In this document: positions 56,801-64,000 of the stretch, piece by piece | How positions within the stretch are numbered: position 1 is the stretch's first letter | Layout of the letters: each line of letters opens with the position of its first letter | Assembly: GCA_963790475.1 (NCBI GenBank) | Contig: CAWBOS010000006.1 | Span: forward strand, 768,001-832,000 | DNA length: 64,000 nucleotides | Origin: an uncultured delta proteobacterium | Lineage (GTDB): Bacteria > Desulfobacterota > RBG-13-43-22 | Direction: 5' to 3' | The notes under the pieces: model-generated | Told to the model about the DNA's origin: nothing | The model's input: the letters and a program-made list of their open reading frames with translations, nothing else | The model's database searches: none | Program-made: the position numbers and the translations under genes

Positions 56801-58563
56801 CCATTTTTGAATATGTTCAGGTTATAGTTGGGAATGGTCGTAAAGGTCGCGCTTATGGTGTGATTAGCAGTCACCCCTGTGAAGGTGTAAGAGGAGATCA
56901 CCCCTTGGGATGCGCCATCGACCAGGACGTTGGAAATCGTGTAGCCGCCATTCGGAGCGATGGTATAGATCTGATTGGCCCCGGACTGGACACTAACCCC
57001 CCCCGATGGGGAAATGGATCCACCCGTTCCGGCCGAGGCGGTTATGGTGTAGGTCTTAAGGTTGAAAGTTGCCGTGACGGAGACAATGGAATTCATCATT
57101 ACCTGACAGGTAGTCGAATTCCCGGAACAACCGCCGCCGGACCAGCCGCTGAATACGGAATTGGCATCCGGTAAGGCAGTTAGGGTAACCTGCGTCCCGG
57201 AGGAAAAGCTGGTCCCCGTCGGACTGGTCGAAACCGTGCCGCTGCCCGTCCCATTTTTGAATATGTTCAGGGTATAGTTGGGAATGGTTGCGAAGGTTGC
57301 GTTGATGGTATGGTTGGCGGCCACCGTTTGAAAAGTGTAAGAGGTGATCGCCCCTTGGGATACGCTGTCTACCAGGACACTGGAAATTGTATAGCCGGAA
57401 TTAGGGGCGATGGTAAAGCTTTGATTGGCCCCGGACTGGACACTAACCCCCCCCGAGGGAGAAATGGTTCCGCCGGTTCCGGCCGAAGCGGTGATGGTGT
57501 AGGTTTTGGGATTGAAGGTGGCGGTCACACTAACATTGGAACTCATGGTCACCTGGCAGGGATTTGTATTCCCGGAACAACCGCCGGACCAGCTGCTGAA
57601 AATGGAATTGGCATCCGGTGTGGCGGTCAGGGTGACTTTGGTGCCGGCCGGGAAAGAGGATCCGGTAGGGTCGGTAACAACACTACCGCTGCCCGTCCCG
57701 GCTTTGCTTGTCGAAAGGGTATAATAAGTGAGGGCGGCGAATGTTGCGCTTATGGTGTGGTTGGCACTTACCGCCGAGAAAGTATAGGAAGGGATCGTCC
57801 CCTGTGACACCCCGTCCACGGTTACACCAACAATCTTGTAGCCGGAATTAGGAGTGATGGTAAAGGTCTGATTAGCCCCGGACTGAACGCTGACTCCCCC
57901 CGATGGAGAAATGGACCCACCCGTTCCGGCTGAGGCGGTGATGGTGTAAGCAGCCAGGCCGGTTTCAGTTACCGTGAATACACTCCCGGCGATGGTCAAA
58001 CTTGCTATCCGGGTGGTCCCGGTGTTGGGAGAAACCGTGTAACTCATCGTCCCGTTTCCCATACCGGACCCGGAATTGACCGTGATCCAGGAGGGAGCCG
58101 TCGATGTCCCCCAATTGCAGCCGGCTTGGGAGGTGACCAGGACACTCCCCGATCCCCCGGAAGCGGCAAAGGAGGCACTTGAAGGGGAAATGGTAAAAGT
58201 GCAGGAGGGAACGGAATAGACCACTTCATTGGAGAACCCGCTCGATAGTCCTTGTGTATTATAAGCGGTTGCGGCGAAATAGTACGTCGCTCCAATGTTG
58301 AGGCCGCTTTGGGTGTAAGTAGTGGCATTACCAACATCAGTTTTCCACTGATAGTTTCCGGATGCCGTTCCGTAATAGATGTCATATCCGGCCAAATCCG
58401 GTTCGGTGTTGGGGTCCCAGGTGAGCGTAACCTGACTACAATGGCCTTTAGGATAAGGAAAGACCAGGAGAACGGCAATAAGGAAAATTGAAAGAAGTGT
58501 GGAAAGAAGAATCGACCCGCGGTAATAGGAGCGGTTGGTGAGACAACATTTTTTTGGTATCAT
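53884..58563 (-). CDS. Large secreted/surface protein with FN3, BACON-like and tandem InlB-B-like beta repeats (putative adhesin)
   Basis: Signal region, TLTWDPN..LAGY FN3, repeated YTITASAGTGG and FSGWSGGC units, three NSAGTTYG domains; start probably MIPKK. Confidence 0.88.
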   Translation of the reverse strand: MIPKKCCLTNRSYYRGSILLSTLLSIFLIAVLLVFPYPKGHCSQVTLTWDPNTEPDLAGYDIYYGTASGNYQWKTDVGNATTYTQSGLNIGATYYFAATAYNTQGLSSGFSNEVVYSVPSCTFTISPSSASFAASGGSGSVLVTSQAGCNWGTSTAPSWITVNSGSGMGNGTMSYTVSPNTGTTRIASLTIAGSVFTVTETGLAAYTITASAGTGGSISPSGGVSVQSGANQTFTITPNSGYKIVGVTVDGVSQGTIPSYTFSAVSANHTISATFAALTYYTLSTSKAGTGSGSVVTDPTGSSFPAGTKVTLTATPDANSIFSSWSGGCSGNTNPCQVTMSSNVSVTATFNPKTYTITASAGTGGTISPSGGVSVQSGANQSFTIAPNSGYTISSVLVDSVSQGAITSYTFQTVAANHTINATFATIPNYTLNIFKNGTGSGTVSTSPTGTSFSSGTQVTLTALPDANSVFSGWSGGGCSGNSTTCQVMMNSIVSVTATFNLKTYTITASAGTGGSISPSGGVSVQSGANQIYTIAPNGGYTISNVLVDGASQGVISSYTFTGVTANHTISATFTTIPNYNLNIFKNGTGSGTVSTSPTGASFSSGTQVTLTALPDANSVFSGWSGGGCSGNSTTCQVMMNSIVSVTATFNLKTYTITASAGTGGSISPSGVTNVQSGANQSFTIAPNSGYTISNVLVDGASQGVISSYTFTGVTANHTISATFTTIPNYNLNIFKNGTGSGTVSTSPTGASFSSGTQVTLTALPDANSVFSGWSGGGCSGNSTTCQVMMNSIVSVTATFNLKTYTITASAGTGGTISPSGGVSVQSGANQSFTIAPNSGYTISSVLVDSVSQGAITSYTFQTVAANHTINATFATIPNYTLNIFKNGTGSGSVVTDPTGSSFPAGTKVTLTAAPDANSTFGGWSGACSGSTTTCQVAMNSNVSVTATFSAVLNPPMVATGSATLIPSSSAQLNGTVNPKGLSTTYVFQWGRTTSYGSTTAVTPAGSGTSDVASSANITRLRSNTVYHYRLKATNSAGTTYGVDKSFTNNNNQIYTITATAGTGGAISPSGEISVQSGANQTFTIAANAGYKIANLTVDRVSRGAISSYTFSTVNANHTIVASFVSNTYTLTITNAGTGSGSVSSNPTGTSFPAGTQVTLTASPDSNSVFNGWSGGCSGMSTTCQVTMNANVSVTAIFNSSTATNPPTVVTGSATLIPSSSAQLNGTVNPKGLSTTYVFQWGRTTSYGSTTAVTTVGSGTSDVASSANITRLRSNTVYHYRLKATNSAGTTYGVDKSFTNNNNQIYTITATAGTGGAISPSGGISVQSGANQTFTIAANAGYKIANVTVDEVSQGAIASYTFSAVSANHTISATFSTITNYTLTVSKVGTGSGSVSVNPTGTTFPSGTAVTLTTSPDSNSVFNGWSGGCSGMSTTCQVTMNANVSVTATFSLSTGINQPMVVTGSATLVPWSSATLNGTVNPNGLSTTYVFQWGRTTSYGNNTTVTSSGSGTSNMAVSAGITRLSSYTVYHYRLVATNSAGTTYGSDRSFKTKFTGIRK
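54180..57950. repeat. Intragenic tandem repeats with 450-bp and 753-bp periods
   Basis: Near-identical shadow ORFs at 55960/56410/56860/57310 and 54457/55210. Confidence 0.9.
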
Positions 58564-58632
58564 GACAGCATCCCCATTCTCAAGCAAGAAGGTTATTATT
58601 CAAACACCAGCTACAGCATGAGGATGCTGTGC

Positions 58633-58720
58633 CTGGCAACCCTGCTGCCATGTCTTACTTAATGTAAGACTTAGGCCAGTGGCTTTGCGTCCCACCCTTT
58701 CGAGTGGTTTGCCCTTTTCA
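58633..58720 (-). ncRNA. c-di-GMP-I (GEMM) riboswitch
   Basis: GGCAAACCACTC-GAAA-GGGTGGGACGCAAAGCC..CCTAA..ATGGCAGC.GGGTTGCC. Confidence 0.93.
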
Positions 58721-58744
58721 GACTTGGATTCCAGTATTCATTAA

Positions 58745-58761
58745 AGCAAGTAATATGCCAA
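58745..58761 (-). promoter_or_regulatory. Sigma54 promoter
   Basis: TTGGCATATTACTTGCT (GG-N10-GC) just upstream of the riboswitch. Confidence 0.75.
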
Positions 58762-59149
58762 GAATGATAACCGGTAATCGATTGAAAACATAAAAAGTAT
58801 TATTTTTACTAAGATTAATAAGGCAAATAATTGGTCAAAACCTGACAAAATTCGTAATTTTTCTATCTAAAATGCTCCCTTCAAATTCTTTTATCTTTGA
58901 AATCAGATTACCATGGTCATAAACCCAAGTATAAAAACAAAGAGTATACCCGTCCTTTGCTTCCATCGATCTTCTTGAGGAAGAGATAAATATTTTTTAG
59001 AAGGGAGGGTTGGTGTGAATAATCGTTGGATTAAACCTGCAGGGATGCGGAGAGGTTGCCCCTTATTAGAGTCTTATAATAGGTTTGATATGAGAATTAA
59101 GAGTCCCCACTCAATGGGATCGGGATCCAAAACCTGTTAAAGACAACGG

Positions 59150-60400
59150 TCATAATCGCTGAAGGAGATAGAGGTAGAGAGGCCGGAGGCTTCTCATCTT
59201 CAGTTCCTTAAATCGCCGCAATAGTTCTGTACGGCCTTCACGGCTTAAAGGGGACAAGTAGAGGGCCCCTTTATCAAAATAATGAGGAAAATAATCTTGC
59301 GTGAGCCGGGATAATGCTTCCCAGTGTCCGGATGGTAATTTTGTGTCAATCACGAAATTGGCGGTTATTTCCAGACGATCATATTTTCGGTTGATTTCCG
59401 ACAGGTGGAGAAAAGCCTCCTCCACCTTCGCCGCCCTCAGCGGTTTCCCCAACAGGTCAAGGGTCTCCTGGTCGGCTGATTCCAATCCCAGGTTCAAATA
59501 GGTCCGGTAGGGTAATTGGTTTAAGGCCTCAAAAACGTTTTCTTTGGATTTCAAAAACGAATCCACACTGCCGAAGAGAAAAAGAAAGCACTCCTCCAGG
59601 TAGGACCGTTTGAAATCCAGTCGTTCATAGGCTTGCAGGGCGGCACTAACAATCCGGTCGCAGCCGCAGTTCAGGGCATCATGCTGGCCTAAAAAGAGAC
59701 TGTTGTAATTGCGAAGATCCGGCCCGTAGAGGTCTTTGAGCTTGGTGAGCTGTTCCAGGATATCCTGGCTGGAACGGACTTGAAAACCCTGATTGGACTT
59801 GACCCGGCAAAAAGAGCAATGATACAGGCACCCATCGGAAATATTCAAGGGAATGCAATCATAATCCACATGCCGGCTATCCGGAGGAAGAACGCTGACG
59901 CATCCTTTAAGCAGGGCTCTCAGCTGTGCCGCCCTTTCTGTCAGCATCGGGTCATCCATGGTTATGGCTTTTAGCAGAAACGTTTTTTCTTCTGTCGTCC
60001 AGTGATTTGTTTCTAAGGCATTCCTCAATTCCTTTGACAGGTGATGGAAAGCTGAAAGGGCTCTCTGCACCGAGGCCTCCTGGAAAGGGTCGGCCTTCCC
60101 AAGATGGTTTGATTGATAGGTAAAATAAGGAAGGTAATATTCTCCCAGGTAATCAAGAACCTGGTTATAGCCATCGCTGTCATAATATACCCAATGGTTC
60201 CCGGCGGTTCGTTTCAGCCATTCGGAAGGATGAGGCCAGTTCCGCCCGGTTCCCTGGAGATACTTGATTTCTCCATTGAGATTGAATTGAAAACAATGGT
60301 CGGGGGTGGTGATCTCCGCTAACCGCCCATAACGGATCGGATAGCTGACCTTGTCGTACTTCGTGGCCGTAGGGATATTCAGTTTGAGATCAATTTTCAT
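59150..60400 (-). CDS. Radical SAM domain protein
   Basis: GCLYHCSFC (CxxxCxxC), GLES. Confidence 0.88.
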   Translation of the reverse strand: MKIDLKLNIPTATKYDKVSYPIRYGRLAEITTPDHCFQFNLNGEIKYLQGTGRNWPHPSEWLKRTAGNHWVYYDSDGYNQVLDYLGEYYLPYFTYQSNHLGKADPFQEASVQRALSAFHHLSKELRNALETNHWTTEEKTFLLKAITMDDPMLTERAAQLRALLKGCVSVLPPDSRHVDYDCIPLNISDGCLYHCSFCRVKSNQGFQVRSSQDILEQLTKLKDLYGPDLRNYNSLFLGQHDALNCGCDRIVSAALQAYERLDFKRSYLEECFLFLFGSVDSFLKSKENVFEALNQLPYRTYLNLGLESADQETLDLLGKPLRAAKVEEAFLHLSEINRKYDRLEITANFVIDTKLPSGHWEALSRLTQDYFPHYFDKGALYLSPLSREGRTELLRRFKELKMRSLRPLYLYLLQRL

Positions 60401-60498
60401 AAAAAATTACAGCGAAAATTCCGGCCGGGGATCTCCCTGACTGCCGAAACATCGGAAAAGAAAGGGATGCTGTTCCTGGACGATGGTCCGCGCGGTTA

Positions 60499-60975
60499 TT
60501 AACCTCGGTCTTCGAATTCATAGAGTTTGTCAATCGCAAATTCCAAGGCCTTATTGCACTTCTCCCGCCAGATATTGGATTCCCGGAATTTTTTATTCTC
60601 CTCGGGATCAGAGGTATTGAAGCCGATCAGGTCCCGGCAGATGATGGTGCCGAATTTCTGTTCAAACCCTTTGACCAGTTCCTGAGTCAAGGCACGGATT
60701 TTGGTCCTGGCCGGTTTGGCCTGTTCCTTGTCCTGAAGGGAACAGCGATGCCGCAGTCCCAGAAAGACGGCTGAAGAAGAGACCACGCCGCAGGGGGCTT
60801 GTTGCTGACCGGCGATACCTCCCAGAAAGGGGATGCCGGCCCAGAGAAAATCCTCATTTCTAAGGTCACAAGTTTCCCACATAACTTGCAGGATAGCCGG
60901 GCCTCAATGGTATCCTTTGGGCATAAGTTCCAGGGCACGGGCTTTGGCCTCATCGCCGGATAATTTAAGGGTCAT
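60499..60975 (-). CDS. C_GCAxxG_C_C-family redox protein, probable selenoprotein (UGA at 60904-60906)
   Basis: GGAGG RBS, MTLKLSGDEAKARALELMPKGYH-U-GPAILQVMW..GGIAG..CG..FGTIICRDL..C. Confidence 0.8.
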
Positions 60976-61228
60976 TAATCAATCCTCCCTCTTGAATTTC
61001 CAAAAGTAACATGGAATTTGCCAAGTATAGGAGATGAATCAAGAAGGATCAAGAGGAATAATCTCTCCGGTGTCAGGTAAGCCGGAATGATCTTTTTCCC
61101 TTGACATGAAAAGAGAGATGGGCGTCAATTAAACCGGTGTAGTTGTCACTATTCCGGGTGCAGCAATCAATCAGTAAATGAATCGAAAGAAAGATCCGGG
61201 TATCGGATTATAACGAGGAAAGAAGCTG

Positions 61229-61933
61229 ATGGCTCACAAAAATTTACATGGCGGCTCAACTAACTGGTGGCCGCCCTGCGGGGACCATGTGATCTTGTAT
61301 AGGGCTAATCCGCTTCGTTTCGAACATTTTGACCGATACCTGAAAGGCTGGGACGGCGTTAAAGTACTGGATGTGGGCTGCGGCGGAGGGTATGCCTGTG
61401 AATATCTTGCCAGACGCCAGGCAGAGGTCTTCGGCACGGACATCCTGGCAGAATCCCTCCAGGAGGCCGACGACCATGCCGCACAGGAAAATCTTGAAAT
61501 CGATTATCGCCTGTGCACCCCTGAACGACTGCCTTTCAACGATCAGGAGATGGATGTCGTCACCTGTTTTGATGTGTTGGAACACATACCCGATAAGAGG
61601 CATACCCTCAGCGAGATTCACCGGGTGCTCAAGCCGGGGGGATGGTTGTTTTTTGATACGCTGAATAAAACCTTTTGGTCCAAGGTGGGTGCGATCTGGC
61701 TTGGTGAAATCCTGCTCAGATTCATCCCTCGAGGGACTCATCATGGGCATCTTTTTATCCGCCCGGAAGATCTGAAAATTCTTTTGGAGAGTTCAGGATT
61801 TGCAAGCGTAGAATTTGGCGGGGTGAGATTAGCCTGGGGCGCCCGGTCGAAGAACGGCTTTCCCGCACGAATTGTACCTCAAGGTAACACTACCATCATT
61901 TATTTCGGAGCGGCCAGGAAGCCGACTTCTTGA
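61229..61933 (+). CDS. UbiG-like O-methyltransferase, paralog of 14704-15456
   Basis: VLDVGCGGG, FDVLEH, PRGTH. Confidence 0.87.
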   Translation: MAHKNLHGGSTNWWPPCGDHVILYRANPLRFEHFDRYLKGWDGVKVLDVGCGGGYACEYLARRQAEVFGTDILAESLQEADDHAAQENLEIDYRLCTPERLPFNDQEMDVVTCFDVLEHIPDKRHTLSEIHRVLKPGGWLFFDTLNKTFWSKVGAIWLGEILLRFIPRGTHHGHLFIRPEDLKILLESSGFASVEFGGVRLAWGARSKNGFPARIVPQGNTTIIYFGAARKPTS

Positions 61934-62106
61934 GACAGAATTAATAGATCATCAGTCGCCCTGGCCCTGTTCTTATCCATCAGCCATAGCTTTCACTTCA
62001 GATAGGACATCAAAAAAGCTAGAAAATAGAAATATCTTGACATAACATAAATGTTTAGTAATATAAAAACATATATGTGTTTATAATTACTTCCAAGGAG
62101 AAAAAA

Positions 62107-62739
62107 GTGAATTATAATACCAAGGCGGTTTCTAAAATCATCAGCTTGACTCCAAGGCAAATTGATTATTGGGATAAAACCCATTTTATTAAACCTTCAA
62201 CAGAGGAAGCCTCGGGGTACGGAAGCGTCCGATTATATTCTTTTGAAGATCTCGTCCGGTTAAAAATTGCCAAGACCCTTATCGACAAAGGAATCAGCCT
62301 ACAAAAGATCAGAAAAGCCATAACCTTTCTGAAGAAAAATATGCCTAATATTGAAAATCCTCTTTTTGATCTAAAATTTTTGACGGACGGGGAAACCATT
62401 TTTGTCCTGACGAAGAATTCCCGGGAAATTATCGATACCCTGAAAAACGGGCAATTGGTTTTTTCAGTGTCCCTTGGGGCAATCATTGAGGAGCTGAAGG
62501 GGGAAGTCAAAGCCCTTCACGATCAAAGAAATTATCAGGTTACCGTTGGGAAAAAGAGATATCCGGTCGTCCTTCATGCTGATGTCGAGGATGGGGGATA
62601 TTGGGTGGAGTGTCCCGAAATACCTGGATGCGCCTCTCAGGGGGATACAGTCGAAGAGGCTCTTGCCATGATAAAGGATGCCATCCAAGGATGCTCGGAG
62701 TGTAAACCCAACAAGAAGAGGTTAGCCAAGGTCTCATGA
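62107..62739 (+). CDS. hicB: MerR-HTH / HicB-domain fusion antitoxin
   Basis: RQIDYWD..RLYSFEDL MerR HTH; EDGGYWVECPEIPGCASQGDTVEEAL HicB domain; GTG start after AAGGAG. Confidence 0.85.
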   Translation: MNYNTKAVSKIISLTPRQIDYWDKTHFIKPSTEEASGYGSVRLYSFEDLVRLKIAKTLIDKGISLQKIRKAITFLKKNMPNIENPLFDLKFLTDGETIFVLTKNSREIIDTLKNGQLVFSVSLGAIIEELKGEVKALHDQRNYQVTVGKKRYPVVLHADVEDGGYWVECPEIPGCASQGDTVEEALAMIKDAIQGCSECKPNKKRLAKVS

Positions 62740-63020
62740 CGGACCTGCATAACCTTAAACCGGAAAGGGTTATCAGGGCTTTTATACGGGATGGATGGCA
62801 AAAAGAAGGACAGACCGGAAGCCATGTAATTCTATCCAAAGAGGGACATCCCTGTATCTTATCGATTCCTGTTCATAAGGCAAAACCGGTTAAGCAAGGT
62901 TTAATGAGAAAATTGATAGAGATGTCAGGGATGACAGCCCGGCATTTGGGGCAGGTCCAGGGGATCAACCTTCCCGGATCATGTCCGGGACAGGCTGTGT
63001 CAAAGACCGGAGAGTCTTAG
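62736..63020 (+). CDS. hicA: HicA-family toxin with an aberrant C-terminus
   Basis: GW..QTGSHVIL..SIPVH..GL; tail after SGMT looks non-native. Confidence 0.8.
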   Translation: MTDLHNLKPERVIRAFIRDGWQKEGQTGSHVILSKEGHPCILSIPVHKAKPVKQGLMRKLIEMSGMTARHLGQVQGINLPGSCPGQAVSKTGES

Positions 63021-63118
63021 CCCCAATAAAGTTTTTACCTTTACAACCAAAATAATCCGGTTATAATTATTACCGGATAACCCCATAACTGGTAATAATT
63101 TCGATCGGAGTGAAACGA

Positions 63119-64000
63119 ATGCTCGAGACAATTAAATCACTCATCCTGGATTTCCAGCGGTGTCTCCAAAGAGAATCTCCTTTATCTGAATTTTTTCGAT
63201 GACCGGCTTCACCCTTTACGCTGGGAGAGGCTGGGTTTGATCAGCGAGGCTTATTATTTCCTCTATCCGGAAAAGGAAAATACAGAAACGGTCTATTGCT
63301 TTTTCGATGAAATTCAGTCCATTTCGGATTGGGAACCCTTTATCGACCGGCTATTGCGGACGGGAAAATGCGAGATCTATATTACCGGTTCTTCCGCCCG
63401 GATGCTTTCCAGGGAAATCGCCACCCAAATGCGCAGACGGGCCTTATCATGGGAATTGTTTCCCTTTTCCTTCCAGGAATTCCTGGATTATAAAGGGATC
63501 ACCGGGTCAGGTTTCCTGTCTACTAAAAAACAACTCCTAATCCGTAAGGCTTTCGATGAGTACTGGGAAAAGGGTGGGTTTCTGGAAGTGACCGGCCTTA
63601 GTCGCAACCTGAGAATCAAGATCCACCAGGAATATTTTAACACCATTCTGTTCAGGGACCTGGTAGAGCGTCATGATATTCCCCATCCTAAGGCCGTGTC
63701 TGATCTCGGCCATTGGCTGGTGGACAATACGGCCTCACTGTATTCCGTCAATAATCTTACAGGATATTTAAAATCATTAGGCCATAAAGTCCCCAAGTCG
63801 TCGGTCTCAGACTATCTGGTTTGGTTCGAAGATGCCTATTTTTTATTCAAAGTCCGATTATTTGATGCCTCATTGGTCCGCAGTAATACCAACCCTAAGA
63901 AGATCTATTGCGTCGATCACGCCCTGATCACTTCGGTGTCGTCGGGGATACTCCTTAACTATGGACACCTTCTCGAAAACCTCGTATTCACAGCCCTCCG
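63119..64000 (+). pseudogene. AAA_14/DUF4143 ATPase with the Walker A region deleted and a frameshift; runs off the window
   Basis: MLETIKSLILDFQ, then another frame YLNFFDDRL..FFDEIQ..ITGSS..LFPFSFQEFL..NPKKIY. Confidence 0.8.

Noticed and set aside
54180-57950. Regular repeats considered as a CRISPR array or DGR template/variable pair
   Set aside because: They are in-frame protein-domain repeats with no spacers, cas genes, reverse transcriptase or adenine-specific variation.

Overview
Chromosomal window from a bacterium that is probably an anaerobic Desulfobacterota/Deltaproteobacteria-type organism (inferred from gene content, the Sec codon and the repeat types). Core content: a sulfur-relay/efflux cluster (iscS, tusA), three thiolases, a FadB-like enzyme, a CoA-transferase fusion, an Lhr helicase, a Cpx-like two-component locus with a frameshifted regulator, pyk, a BMP-type ABC transporter, hypAB, and a large repetitive surface protein behind a sigma54 promoter and a c-di-GMP-I riboswitch. 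Main unexplained structure: (1) four decayed 5S rRNA copies at 7.3-14.7 kb with no 16S/23S, arranged as near-full copy / cargo genes / 3'-part copy, twice; (2) a 33.4-41.2 kb accessory region with two attI-like repeats, attC cassettes (including a nuclease-STAND defence candidate and TA genes), no intI, three copies of a metallopeptidase 3' region, and a Y1/RAYT transposase bounded by terminal inverted repeats; (3) a UGA-interrupted probable selenoprotein. All calls come from reading the sequence by eye; no searches were run.
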